Origin: a virus
Taxonomy: Duplodnaviria; Caudoviricetes
Reading direction: 5' to 3' (one strand)
DNA: 63,877 nt
Virus record (IMG/VR): IMGVR_UViG_3300009027_000001
Location: 1-63,877 of that record
Below, in pieces: positions 40,488 to 50,192 of this stretch. The position numbers and the translations under genes were made by a program. The notes beneath the pieces are model-generated. The model was given only the letters and a program-made list of their open reading frames with translations. It searched no databases and was not told the DNA's origin. Numbering within the stretch: position 1 is the stretch's first letter; each line of letters begins with the position of its first letter.

Positions 40488-40645
40488 TTTTCCTCACTCG
40501 TAAGGTGGTAAAGCCCTCGGCAATGGGGGCATTTATAGAACCGTTTTACCCCTATTTCACGTTGTTCCTTTAACGCTATCCGAGCCTGTTGTGCGCTCTT
40601 GTACCCCACCTTCCGGCAGGTCTTTTTCTGTCGTCGTGAACCCAT
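40484..40645 (-). CDS. 53-aa zinc-finger protein (MGSRRQKKTCRKVGY...YKCPHCRGLYHLTS), not in the ORF track
   Basis: AAGGAGG RBS; C..K..Y...Y.CP.C...HLTS pattern; ATGA overlap with the next gene. Confidence 0.7.
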   Translation of the reverse strand: MGSRRQKKTCRKVGYKSAQQARIALKEQREIGVKRFYKCPHCRGLYHLTSEEK

Positions 40646-40724
40646 CGCATACCTCCTTATGTTCGTTGATTGCGATTTCTTCGTAATAGTTCTTACAGTG
40701 GGGGCAACGCCAGACTTCCCACAT
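40557..40724 (-). CDS. 55-aa protein with CxxC (MWEVWRCPHCKNY...), not in the ORF track
   Basis: TGATG coupling to the polymerase stop codon. Confidence 0.5.
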   Translation of the reverse strand: MWEVWRCPHCKNYYEEIAINEHKEVCDGFTTTEKDLPEGGVQERTTGSDSVKGTT

Positions 40725-42577
40725 CACTTGGCATCCCCGTAGGTCGGGCCGTGACCGGCCTCTGCGTCAATAGGTAAATTACGCGACCACTTAGGTTGCG
40801 TCTTCATAATGTCAAGCAAGCCCTGCTCCAACTGAGGAAGCATGGCCGTAGGGACAACATACACCAGTTCGTCGTGCGCCTGCAATGCGGGCCGGAGTCC
40901 GAACTGCTCGTAGGCTTGACGCATGTGTCCCGTAATGATGATTCGGGCGAGGGCTTGGATCAGGTTCTCTACGAACTTGCCGCCCCACATGGTACGGCCC
41001 TGTCCAGCGAAGTTGTACGTCCAGCCTTGGTACTTGGCGTCCTCAACCCACCTGAGATTCGGGTAGTCGAGTGACATGCCATTGGGGAGAATGATCTGAT
41101 TGCCCTTCACTGTGGCCGGGCCGATCTGTCGTGAGCCGCCGTTCACCATCATTCCGACAGTCTCATCACACAGCTTCCAGAGTGCCGGGATTTCGGGGTA
41201 CGACATTCTATACACATCTACGTAACGCCTGACTTGCTCGTCGGTTTCTTTGACGCCCTGAGCGCGGAGGGTTGCCTTCAGCTTCTTCCAGCCCATGCCG
41301 TAGCCGAGGCCGAGGATGCAGGTCTTGCCGATGAACCGCTCGTGCTGGTCGGCCTTGGTAATGACTCTGCCCCAGACCTTCGACGCAAACGCACAGTATG
41401 GATCACCACCTGTACGGAACACATGTAGCAAATCCTGACAGTTGGACAGCCATGCGTTCAGGCGAGCCTCGATCTGGGACAGGTCACACGCCAGAACTGT
41501 ATGACCGGGGGGAGCGCAAAGCGCGTAACGTAGGTGGTTACGGTCTGTGGCATCCTGTGGGATACGTGGGAGATTCTGGCAGTTGATCTTCTCCATGCCC
41601 CCATATCGCCCTGTGTGGGCCGCATAGTAACGTAGGGGGATTCTGAGACGCTTGTAGCGCTCTGCTATGTCAAGGAACCTCTCGGCACGTGACTCGGCAA
41701 TCGTGGATTTCACGCCTAGTCTCGCTGCCATGATAGGCGCTATGATGGGGTCGTCGCCGTAGGTGTCTTCCAGTTCCTTCCAGCCTGTGTCGTTCTTGGC
41801 GAACGCCCAAGTCGCTTTCCCGGTGGTGGGGCTGATCTTGTATGGTACTTCTACCCCTAGGCTTTCTAACAGCTGTGCGAATTGTGGGTTAGACGAAAGT
41901 TGTGACTTTTTCACATGGTCGGGAAGGGCTTCCATGAGCTTCTTTTTTCGCTCACGAGTTGAGTCTAGCACACCCTTCAGGATTTTAGCATCCAGAACGA
42001 ACTGCGGCTCGAGATACATACGCAGCGTCAGGTCGATAATGTCTAATTCATCACGAGGGAACTCAGCGAGTAAATTCTTGAACAGCCAGTAGGTACCTTC
42101 CACATCCGTCTTGCAGTACTCGCCATATTCGACCATTTCTTGAGTCGAGAGCGAGGCACGCTTCCGGCCAGCCATCAAGTGGACAGTTCCCATCTTTGCC
42201 CAAGGAGACTTTCTTACTTTGAGACAGGAAGCCAGCGATATACTCCTGTGGTACGGTTTGAGGAGGGCTTGAGCCATACCAAGTGTGTCCAGCAAGCGTG
42301 CTGGTAGCTGGGTCGGAAAATAGGTTGATAAGATCACGCCATCGAATAAGGTATTGTGACTCAACATAGCTGAGTCGCGTAGACCAAGGCGAGCGAAAAG
42401 GGCCGCATATTCGTCCATCGTGTCGTAGCTGTACCATTCGGCAGGTTCCTCATTGACTTTGATGCCGACCATGATTATCTCAAAGCGTGGGTCAGACACG
42501 TAATCCTGAGTAGACATCTTCGACAGGGAGTAGTCCTTGTCGTAGTATGTTTCCCAATCAAGGGTGATGAGGTTCAT
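40724..42577 (-). CDS. DNA polymerase family A with a 3'-5' exonuclease domain
   Basis: ExoI LDWET, HN..FD; HTGRY, NCQNLP, motif A DLSQIEAR, motif B R..GKTCILGLGYG, motif C HDELV. Confidence 0.92.
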   Translation of the reverse strand: MNLITLDWETYYDKDYSLSKMSTQDYVSDPRFEIIMVGIKVNEEPAEWYSYDTMDEYAALFARLGLRDSAMLSHNTLFDGVILSTYFPTQLPARLLDTLGMAQALLKPYHRSISLASCLKVRKSPWAKMGTVHLMAGRKRASLSTQEMVEYGEYCKTDVEGTYWLFKNLLAEFPRDELDIIDLTLRMYLEPQFVLDAKILKGVLDSTRERKKKLMEALPDHVKKSQLSSNPQFAQLLESLGVEVPYKISPTTGKATWAFAKNDTGWKELEDTYGDDPIIAPIMAARLGVKSTIAESRAERFLDIAERYKRLRIPLRYYAAHTGRYGGMEKINCQNLPRIPQDATDRNHLRYALCAPPGHTVLACDLSQIEARLNAWLSNCQDLLHVFRTGGDPYCAFASKVWGRVITKADQHERFIGKTCILGLGYGMGWKKLKATLRAQGVKETDEQVRRYVDVYRMSYPEIPALWKLCDETVGMMVNGGSRQIGPATVKGNQIILPNGMSLDYPNLRWVEDAKYQGWTYNFAGQGRTMWGGKFVENLIQALARIIITGHMRQAYEQFGLRPALQAHDELVYVVPTAMLPQLEQGLLDIMKTQPKWSRNLPIDAEAGHGPTYGDAK

Positions 42578-42639
42578 CCGAGAACTGCAATCAGCAGCAG
42601 GAAGAACATAAGCACAATTAGAGTTGTCCATCGTTTCAT
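42574..42639 (-). CDS. 21-aa hydrophobic micropeptide MKRWTTLIVLMFFLLLIAVLG
   Basis: ATGA overlaps with both the upstream gene and the polymerase start. Confidence 0.55.
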   Translation of the reverse strand: MKRWTTLIVLMFFLLLIAVLG

Positions 42640-43184
42640 TTTATGTATTTGTCTATCAGCTGTTGATACAGCGAGGGCTTCGGGGGTAGGGCGGCGCTGC
42701 CTAAAGTACTGGCTGATGATAACGCCTGCCCTGTGGACGTTCCGTTGCTGGTGATCGTGATGCTCGGAGACTGCACGTTTGCCAAGCCTGTAGCAACAGG
42801 AGGATCAATCAAATGGTGGCGTGGATAATACGCAGGGTTAGGTGCTTCTGGTCTAGGTGTTACCAAGTCGAAGTCACAGTCAGGGTTCTGACACTGAAGT
42901 GACACCCAATCGCCGGGCTTATTGTCCAGACCGTTGTCGGTTTCTTCGATCCAGAGTTGGAACACAAGCAGCAGACCTTTCTTCTCATCACGTGTGAGAC
43001 ACTGACGACAGAAGATCGTGTTGTGTTGACGTTCGTACTTCTTTAGCGAGTTCAGATCACGTGCGTGGAATGGGGTGAGATAGTGTGAACGAAACGTGTC
43101 AGGGTTGAATACCCCCGCCTGCATTTCAGGGTGAACTTTGGCAACAAGTTCGACAACTTCTTGCCGTACTTCATCTAGTTTCAC
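42636..43184 (-). CDS. Hypothetical protein with CxxC...CxxxxC
   Basis: First ORF after the promoter at 43217-43245. Confidence 0.6.
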   Translation of the reverse strand: MKLDEVRQEVVELVAKVHPEMQAGVFNPDTFRSHYLTPFHARDLNSLKKYERQHNTIFCRQCLTRDEKKGLLLVFQLWIEETDNGLDNKPGDWVSLQCQNPDCDFDLVTPRPEAPNPAYYPRHHLIDPPVATGLANVQSPSITITSNGTSTGQALSSASTLGSAALPPKPSLYQQLIDKYIK

Positions 43185-43216
43185 TTCAGTCGCCTTACTT
43201 AGTTGGTAGATGATTG

Positions 43217-43245
43217 AAGCTACCAGATGACCTTCCGCTCGTCAA
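43217..43245 (-). promoter_or_regulatory. Sigma70-type promoter for the replication genes
   Basis: TTGACG-17-TAGCTT with an extended TGn on the minus strand. Confidence 0.6.
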
Positions 43246-43248
43246 GAC

Positions 43249-43279
43249 AAAAAAAGGGGCCAGCCCGAAGGCCAGCCCC
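43249..43279 (-). terminator. Rho-independent terminator
   Basis: GGGGCTGGCC-TTCG-GGCTGGCCCC followed by T7 on the minus strand. Confidence 0.85.
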
Positions 43280-43306
43280 GAAGGATGACACACACAGTGT
43301 GTGTGG

Positions 43307-44026
43307 TTAGTGCGGATACCGTCTATCCAATTCCAAGTCGTCCTCCATGACAGCACAAGTTAGCAGCACTTGGTTAATATCGTCCATGAACGGCAAGTGG
43401 CGAAACTGCGTTAGCTGAGTCGCGCCCCAACCTTCAGGCATAGATGACTTCAACTTCTGCGCTGCCATGCGCTGCGTGTACTTCCTTTCAACGAGAGAAG
43501 CAAACTCGGGCCACGCACGATACAACTGCCCCGGCGTGTTCACCGGATTGATACTCAGGGTTTCACCATTACTCATCATAAAGTTACCCCCGCCCCAACA
43601 GATACCACGTGCATAGTTGTCGAACTTACGTTGCCAGAACGCCAACTGCTTGTGCCTAACAACCCACGCTAATACCTTGCTCCGAAGCGTGGGGTCTGTA
43701 ATGTCCGTATCCTTAATCTCTATCTCAGGATACGGCCATGCGTCATACGAATGACCAAAGGTTAAAGTGATTTCGGGTTTCTTGTTTAGGAACTCGCGCT
43801 TTTCTGCCAGCGACGGACAATGAATCGTCAGTTTGTTGCAGTACTTCAAAGCGTTCTTCTTACCAAGTAACTCCATCGCATCACGTTCATCCTGTGACCA
43901 ACCGAACCAGTAGTACTCCTCGGGGTTAAGCGTGTTCTTGTGTATCGTGTGTCGATACTTGTTGAACAACGCTGTACCCCGAGAAAGCATGAGTGACCTA
44001 CCGGATTGCGATAGTCGGCTACTCAT
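43307..44026 (-). CDS. Hypothetical protein
   Basis: Long ORF; start chosen at the ATG overlapping the end of the vWA gene. Confidence 0.6.
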   Translation of the reverse strand: MSSRLSQSGRSLMLSRGTALFNKYRHTIHKNTLNPEEYYWFGWSQDERDAMELLGKKNALKYCNKLTIHCPSLAEKREFLNKKPEITLTFGHSYDAWPYPEIEIKDTDITDPTLRSKVLAWVVRHKQLAFWQRKFDNYARGICWGGGNFMMSNGETLSINPVNTPGQLYRAWPEFASLVERKYTQRMAAQKLKSSMPEGWGATQLTQFRHLPFMDDINQVLLTCAVMEDDLELDRRYPH

Positions 44027-45206
44027 CGTCCAGTTCCACGTAGATCGTTTCACCGACAGGGGATTCCATTCCCTCGCTGGTGCTGCACCAGATCGTCGGG
44101 TAGCCCGGATCGTCTGGGAAGTCACCGTACATATCAGTGAAGTAAACTACGCAGTCAGGGCGAATACCTTGCTCCTCAATCCATACGAAGGGCGGCACAA
44201 AACTCGTCCCTCCTCCCCCACCGAGCGGTGGGATATTGTCTCGCAAAGAGTCACCCGCGTACAACTCATACACTTTGTTGATACGGGCATCGCAGCCGAT
44301 CAGCGTCACCTGTTGCGGGGTGCAGTCGAGCAGGATGTTGTCGCACTCACCCAAACCCTGTGCCATTTCCTTCTGTGACATAGAGCCTGAAGTATCGACA
44401 ACGAACACGATGTGTCCTGCCGAGAAGCCTGTGTAGCTAGGCATCACTACACCCTGTGACAGCAGTCGGCGACGATGGGGTCGCGTCCAAGTCGTAGCCT
44501 CACGGCCAGCACACTTGTTCATAGACTTACGCAACTTCTCCGTCCACTGTACTTTCGGGTCTAACACCTGTTCGACAAACCGTTGCAGGTCAGCAGGTAA
44601 CTTACCCTGCGCCTTGGCAGCGTCGGCAGCACTTGCAATCACACGTTTCATTTCTGCCTCAGTCGATTGAGCATTAGCAGGAATGTGGTGATCTAACGTA
44701 CCACCTTCGCCCGGCCCCGGCCCCTCTCCATCATTGGGGTCGTCTTTCAGCTTGCGATAGACTTCATCTGCCATATCCTGCGAAGTGAACCGGGACGGAT
44801 CATGCAGGATGTTGCTAGGCATCTTACCGATCTTGCAGTTGTACAGCATATCGTTAATGACGTAATCGCCAGCGCGATTCCATCTGCCGTGGTCAAAGGG
44901 TTCACCGTCGAAGCCCGTGTCTTGATACGCCTTGCTTCGCGCCATGTGCATCCACATTGCGTGGGCAATCTCATGGCACATAACAAAGACACGCTCAGGC
45001 AACGAACACTTGGCGAAGAAGTCCTCGTCGAACCAGATGTTCTTACCATCGGTTGCTGCCGTTTCGTTTCCCTTCATGTGCGGGGGAAACACATTGTCGA
45101 ACTTACCGACCTTGATGTTCATGTGGTCGAGCATGATCGACGCAAAGAACGGCACGTGCAACAGCATGGCAGTCTTTACTTCGGTGAGTTTGGTATTCTC
45201 ACTCAT
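44019..45206 (-). CDS. HExxH metallopeptidase-like plus vWA domain protein (DUF2201-type)
   Basis: TAATDG, HEIAH, N.A.DY.IN; MIDAS DTSGS, GGGGT.F, FTD. Confidence 0.85.
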   Translation of the reverse strand: MSENTKLTEVKTAMLLHVPFFASIMLDHMNIKVGKFDNVFPPHMKGNETAATDGKNIWFDEDFFAKCSLPERVFVMCHEIAHAMWMHMARSKAYQDTGFDGEPFDHGRWNRAGDYVINDMLYNCKIGKMPSNILHDPSRFTSQDMADEVYRKLKDDPNDGEGPGPGEGGTLDHHIPANAQSTEAEMKRVIASAADAAKAQGKLPADLQRFVEQVLDPKVQWTEKLRKSMNKCAGREATTWTRPHRRRLLSQGVVMPSYTGFSAGHIVFVVDTSGSMSQKEMAQGLGECDNILLDCTPQQVTLIGCDARINKVYELYAGDSLRDNIPPLGGGGGTSFVPPFVWIEEQGIRPDCVVYFTDMYGDFPDDPGYPTIWCSTSEGMESPVGETIYVELDDE

Positions 45207-45787
45207 GTTTTTTCTCCTCTACCTTTGTAGGTGTCGAACGGGACTCTCACTACAGCCTCGTCAGACAGCAGACGATCAGCCAACCGGATACGTTGGTCAG
45301 TCCACATATCCATGTGTTCGTCTACCACCTGTCTCAACTCAGTGAAGTGAGACTTCAGCGCCTCGTCCCATCGTGAATTGACGTTGATGATTAGCCCATG
45401 TGATCCACGTGCATACAAGTCACGAGCAGAGAACTTGTTGGTCATTACCAACTGCGCCTCCATGTGCTTGAGACAAGCGTCACGAGCCTCGCTGTCGGGG
45501 AACCACAAGCTAGCTTTGGTCTTACCCATGTAGCCGATATTCCAATCAACTGTCTTGAGTATGACTTCCAGCACCTTCTGCCACAGCGGTGAGCGTGATA
45601 ACGAATACCCACGCCGCAGAGCAGAGTCAATGGCCTTGCGTTCCTTACCGTCTAGGTCTTTCATCGTGACCTCGGAGTACCCACGTAAACGAATGGGAAT
45701 CTCATATTCACGTGGCCAACCTTTGTGACGCTTGTGAGCTGACACCCATCGGTTCCACGCAGACGTACCATTTTCAATGTCAGGCAT
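45203..45787 (-). CDS. Hypothetical protein
   Basis: GGAG RBS; overlaps both neighbours. Confidence 0.6.
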   Translation of the reverse strand: MPDIENGTSAWNRWVSAHKRHKGWPREYEIPIRLRGYSEVTMKDLDGKERKAIDSALRRGYSLSRSPLWQKVLEVILKTVDWNIGYMGKTKASLWFPDSEARDACLKHMEAQLVMTNKFSARDLYARGSHGLIINVNSRWDEALKSHFTELRQVVDEHMDMWTDQRIRLADRLLSDEAVVRVPFDTYKGRGEKT

Positions 45788-47015
45788 CGGCGTACTCCTT
45801 CATCGCTTCAACAATCTCGCCAGCATCCTTAGCCAACTGCTTACGAAGCGCGTCGTCCTTGCGAATGTCTTTCACATCGTACATGGTCAACTTCTTCTCG
45901 ACAGCCTCGCGGATTTCTTCGATCTTCGCATCGTTGGTTGCATTCAGATGTTTGAGCATCGAAGCCTGATCCTTCAGCTTGTCCACCATCGTGTAGTGGA
46001 ACAGCGCGTCGGGGTTACTCAGTCGCTCGAAGGCGTGGTTCACGGTTTCAAACAGCCGTTGCCAAGCATCCTGCATCGCGTTCTCGAGCATCGTGCGCGT
46101 CCGAGAGTTCAATGCCTCTGCCAACTTCTGTGCCTGTTGCCCTTGGATACCATCGAAGTCAGCACCCTTGGGGATAGGCTGGAAGTCGAAGTCCAGACCG
46201 AAGTGATCCCTGATACTTGCAAGGTCAGGGTAGTCATTGGCGTTATAGGCAGTACCGAGTTTCCTCTGCGCTGCCTGTAAGTCATTGGCGTACCCTTTCT
46301 CAAACTCAGTCAGGGCTGCCTCTGTCTCGGACTTGGCGTTTGCCACAGCTGCCGTGTACTCCATGAACAGGGTATTAGGAAGCAGCCGAGGCCCGGCGCG
46401 TTTCCCTGTTTCATTCACACCCACGACAGACCACGGAAGGGTCATGGCGTAGTGAGCAGTACGTGCAGCGTCGATGCACTTGTGGACTTTCTTGAGTCGT
46501 TCATCGGCACCGGCCAGCAGATACTTGTGAGTCTCAAACGCCGCAGCGTCAGCACCAGCCGCAGCCGCAGCATCCTTACTGGCTTTACGGTCCTTGATCT
46601 TACCGTGCCATCGTGCGGTGCGAAGTGTCACAAGTGTTCCAAACTGACGAATGTCGATTTGGTCGAGAATGTCCTCATCGGTGAACGTGGGGATGGGCAC
46701 ATGATCTACGCCCGTACCCTTTGCGAACACCTGATTGGAAGGGGTGTCACACACAGTGTGTGTTTCCGTAACTTCCGTAACTTCCGTAACTTCGGGTTCT
46801 GGTTCCTCCTCTTGTTCTCCCGCAGCTTGTGCGATCAACGATTCAATATCGTCAACCTCATCGTCAACTTCATCGTCAACCTCTGGCTCGTTCACCAAGT
46901 CATCGGCGGTGATAACGACTTCCTCCTCGGGTTCCGGGGTTTCAGTCACCTGTTCCGTATCGTCCGATAGCACGCTATCGAGCAAGGAACTAATATCGTC
47001 AAATGATGCACCCAT
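45780..47015 (-). CDS. Helical protein with an acidic N-terminus (DUF3150-like), associated with the AAA/vWA pair
   Basis: GGAGG RBS; TLPW...G.RLLP, Y...DYP....R..F. Confidence 0.55.
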   Translation of the reverse strand: MGASFDDISSLLDSVLSDDTEQVTETPEPEEEVVITADDLVNEPEVDDEVDDEVDDIESLIAQAAGEQEEEPEPEVTEVTEVTETHTVCDTPSNQVFAKGTGVDHVPIPTFTDEDILDQIDIRQFGTLVTLRTARWHGKIKDRKASKDAAAAAGADAAAFETHKYLLAGADERLKKVHKCIDAARTAHYAMTLPWSVVGVNETGKRAGPRLLPNTLFMEYTAAVANAKSETEAALTEFEKGYANDLQAAQRKLGTAYNANDYPDLASIRDHFGLDFDFQPIPKGADFDGIQGQQAQKLAEALNSRTRTMLENAMQDAWQRLFETVNHAFERLSNPDALFHYTMVDKLKDQASMLKHLNATNDAKIEEIREAVEKKLTMYDVKDIRKDDALRKQLAKDAGEIVEAMKEYADA

Positions 47016-47016
47016 G

Positions 47017-48102
47017 TTACATACCTCCACGTTTCGGGTCGATCAGGTTCGCTGCAACTAACAGGTCTTGATTCTGGCGCAACCAACCAGCGAACTTCTT
47101 TGATTGCACAAGTGATGGGCCGGTCTTACGCATAGCGGCCTTGATACCAGACACCTGAAACTCACGAGGCATACGCTTGAGATAATCAAACGCAGGCTCC
47201 GCAGTATCTCCGTCCACACGGTGAGCGATCATCTGCGTGGCAGCGTACTGGGCATCGGGACGCTCTTTGTCAGGCAGCTTGCACTTCATCGGATTCGCAA
47301 CGATGTCCTCAAAGTCAGGCAGTTGCTCTACCACACGCATGAATGAAACAAACTGTGCGGTAGTACCCTCGCCGATTGCACCGGAGCAGAGTTCAATGAA
47401 GTCACCTTCCGAGAAGTAATCGCCGATCAGGTGCGACACCTTGCAGAACGAGCGTGGCGTGCAGAACGGCCCCGGCTTGTCAGGTACCTTGTCCTGAAAG
47501 ATCAGTCCCGGCTGAGCCTTGGCGAAGGCAATCGCCGCCCAATGGATATTGCCCTCTTGCTCGGCCCACTCAACCCACGAGTCCAAGTGCGGCTCGACCT
47601 TCAGTTCGATACGCCTGTTCTCAATGAACGCGAGTGAACGCTGGACACCAGAGCGATCCGATTCCCTGTTGGACGCAGCTACCACCATGTACTCAATCGG
47701 CAGCTTACTGTCGCCCACCTGCCCTGCATTGAGCAGTTCGGCAGAAGGTTTCTGTACATCGTGACCAGACTGCCGGTACTCATCCAAGAAGATGAATCCC
47801 GCCGCAGCATCACCCTCCTTCGGCATCCAAGGTGCCTTAGTGAACCACATTTCACGTGCCTCAAGATCGGGGCAACCATAGCCACGAACATCGGGTGCTT
47901 CCACTGTGGACAGGAAGAACTTCTTAACGGTGAAGTCAGGCAGACTCCATTGTTTCTGTACCAGCCTACCGGCTTGCTCAACGCCCATTGACTTGCCAAG
48001 TCCGGGGCCGGATACCAACTCGACAGAGAAGCGTTCACCTGTCTCAACTTGTCGCTTCCACAACTGCGAAAGCATGGGTATTACTTGGTTCATGTATGCC
48101 AT
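47017..48102 (-). CDS. MoxR-like AAA+ ATPase
   Basis: GPGLGKS, FIFLDE, AASNR..D, NR, TPRS. Confidence 0.85.
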   Translation of the reverse strand: MAYMNQVIPMLSQLWKRQVETGERFSVELVSGPGLGKSMGVEQAGRLVQKQWSLPDFTVKKFFLSTVEAPDVRGYGCPDLEAREMWFTKAPWMPKEGDAAAGFIFLDEYRQSGHDVQKPSAELLNAGQVGDSKLPIEYMVVAASNRESDRSGVQRSLAFIENRRIELKVEPHLDSWVEWAEQEGNIHWAAIAFAKAQPGLIFQDKVPDKPGPFCTPRSFCKVSHLIGDYFSEGDFIELCSGAIGEGTTAQFVSFMRVVEQLPDFEDIVANPMKCKLPDKERPDAQYAATQMIAHRVDGDTAEPAFDYLKRMPREFQVSGIKAAMRKTGPSLVQSKKFAGWLRQNQDLLVAANLIDPKRGGM

Positions 48103-48107
48103 GAGTT

Positions 48108-48623
48108 TTATACCTCGATATGTTTTACTTGATGAAAAGGCACGCCCGAAGTACGTGCTATGATTTGTGCCATTGATTGACTCGTTAAGGCGACACTATC
48201 CTTGAACGGTAACGCGAATATATGTCCGGTGAATTCCCGCGTTAATCGAATCCACGCAGCTGTCGTGAGACAGTCGTCGTCTGTTGCTGTCGCATCACGT
48301 AAGATGATGCACACTTGCTCTCCTTCATCGCACTCTTTGTAACAGAATGGTAGATAGCCTTCGGGAGTGCTTGCCTCGGCTTTCAATCGGTTCCATTCTG
48401 GTAGGGTGCAGGGGTCAGCGAAGCAGAATTCCTGTGCCTCATGCTGCTCCCTACTCTGGTCAGGGAATAAAAGCATTTCGTTCTCCATCGCATCGACCAA
48501 TGCTTCCAGTATGTAATAGACGTTGCGACACCGTTCCATGAGAGCAACCTTGGTTAGCTGATCCCACGAACTGCCAACGGCATTGAAGGCACGCTTCGCC
48601 CGTTTCAGGTGTATTGATTTCAT
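48108..48623 (-). CDS. Hypothetical early protein
   Basis: ORF with ATGA coupling. Confidence 0.55.
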   Translation of the reverse strand: MKSIHLKRAKRAFNAVGSSWDQLTKVALMERCRNVYYILEALVDAMENEMLLFPDQSREQHEAQEFCFADPCTLPEWNRLKAEASTPEGYLPFCYKECDEGEQVCIILRDATATDDDCLTTAAWIRLTREFTGHIFALPFKDSVALTSQSMAQIIARTSGVPFHQVKHIEV

Positions 48624-48835
48624 GCCCGATGTGGTTTCCTCCCTTTGCTACTCCTGTTGGGAGCACCACGCTTCTCATACTTACGACGTCGTGGAGCTGC
48701 GAGCGCGGCTTGTGAGACAGCCATGTCACGACGTTTCATTTCACGGTTCCACGCAGCGAGCGATACGTCACGATCCCCGCCAGCGACAGATGTACCAAAG
48801 ATACGGTCAACCACCTTTTTAATTTGTTTCTTCAC
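48620..48835 (-). CDS. Basic hypothetical early protein
   Basis: GAGGAGG RBS. Confidence 0.55.
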   Translation of the reverse strand: MKKQIKKVVDRIFGTSVAGGDRDVSLAAWNREMKRRDMAVSQAALAAPRRRKYEKRGAPNRSSKGRKPHRA

Positions 48836-49064
48836 TCTCTACCTCCTCATGCCTGATACAGTCCCATAGTTCACGTGTTTCATCAGGCTTGAAACAGTGG
48901 GATATGTCGGGTCGCCAATCACAGGTTTCACACACAGTGTGTGGTTCTGCTGCCTTGGCGGACTCGAACAACAGAATGCCACCGATGATCCACGCACACA
49001 GCGCGAATACGGCGGCGATGATAACGAGTGCCAGCATGAAGTCTGGTGATGGACGATACCTCAT
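48819..49064 (-). CDS. Small membrane protein
   Basis: TM segment followed by a Cys-rich tail. Confidence 0.55.
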   Translation of the reverse strand: MRYRPSPDFMLALVIIAAVFALCAWIIGGILLFESAKAAEPHTVCETCDWRPDISHCFKPDETRELWDCIRHEEVESEETN

Positions 49065-49339
49065 GCGCCACCTGCCTTACGCGCACGCTGGACAAGTTCA
49101 TACGTGTCTGCGTCACCGATCACACAGTTCTTCACGATGTGATCCATTTCCATACGCTTACCAACGTACCTTCTATACAGCCGTTCGTAACGCTCAACCA
49201 AATCATCGTACTTGCGAAGACGCACGAACCCAAGTCGGTACAGTAACCTGTCGAGCATAGTCCCTTCGGGTTCTTCCCTACTCTTGTCTACCTTCTGCTT
49301 CAAACGCCCACGAATTTTATCTAGTTCTTTGTATTCCAC
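49061..49339 (-). CDS. Hypothetical early protein
   Basis: GAGGAG RBS before a GTG start. Confidence 0.55.
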   Translation of the reverse strand: MEYKELDKIRGRLKQKVDKSREEPEGTMLDRLLYRLGFVRLRKYDDLVERYERLYRRYVGKRMEMDHIVKNCVIGDADTYELVQRARKAGGA

Positions 49340-49832
49340 TTTCGTTCTCCTCTCCAAGCAGGATTGCTTGGCGTTGGTTAATACCCATCTTGTTTGGATA
49401 GAACCTAGCAACGAATGATGGGTAGTAGTCGTCGCTATAGTCTGTGCCGAATTCCAACACCGGCTTTGCTGTTGTAGTTGAGATCAGCTGTACTATTTCA
49501 CACCTGTCCTCACGATACCCATTGGGGTCGAAGTGATGGTCAATCAACTCCGACTGCTTTTGTGCGTGGTGTCCCATAACCTCCTCTGCCGGTTGCCACA
49601 CGTTCAACGGCATTTGATTGCAAACAATAATGTCCTCCATCATTGAACGGTAGCCATCGTTCGGGTCCTCCTGCACACGATAGATCACTCCGTCAAGCAT
49701 GAAGTACATATAGTCTACGGGCTGATCCTTCCACACCTTATCGGGTGGGTCTGCTTCCGCTTCGGTGAACCATACACCTGAAAGCAAACCCAACCGATTG
49801 TGGAAGTGTTCGAGCCTTAGTTGTCCAGCCAT
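49317..49832 (-). CDS. Hypothetical phage protein
   Basis: EDPNDGYRS and FGTDYSDDYYPSF motifs; GGAG RBS. Confidence 0.65.
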   Translation of the reverse strand: MAGQLRLEHFHNRLGLLSGVWFTEAEADPPDKVWKDQPVDYMYFMLDGVIYRVQEDPNDGYRSMMEDIIVCNQMPLNVWQPAEEVMGHHAQKQSELIDHHFDPNGYREDRCEIVQLISTTTAKPVLEFGTDYSDDYYPSFVARFYPNKMGINQRQAILLGEENESGIQRTR

Positions 49833-50158
49833 TCTATCTCTCCAACTTCCAGCCCACCTTCGCTTGATGCCTTGATGCTGAGTGATGCTTGCCTGTGTCC
49901 CATGTCGCTGTCGATCTTACTCATCAGCGCGGCCATGAATGGATCGTCAGCCATTTCATTGAGGGAGTTCACGATGTGCAGTACGTCCTGCATGAGATCG
50001 TACTGCTGTTGGGTGAGCAGGGGTTCACCGCAGTCAGGGCAGAGCGCCCCGATCCATGCTCCGTAGTCCTGCATGGCAATGTCGTCTTTGCGGTAGTCGC
50101 AGTTCTCGTTGTCGCACACGAGTCCGTTTGCTTGTACTTGGATTGGTTTCTGTTCCAT
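49817..50158 (-). CDS. Zn-ribbon hypothetical protein
   Basis: CDNENC...CPDCG; AAGGA RBS. Confidence 0.65.
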   Translation of the reverse strand: MEQKPIQVQANGLVCDNENCDYRKDDIAMQDYGAWIGALCPDCGEPLLTQQQYDLMQDVLHIVNSLNEMADDPFMAALMSKIDSDMGHRQASLSIKASSEGGLEVGEIEWLDN

Positions 50159-50192
50159 TGTAGTTCCTTAGTTGGTTTCAGTAATACTAACA

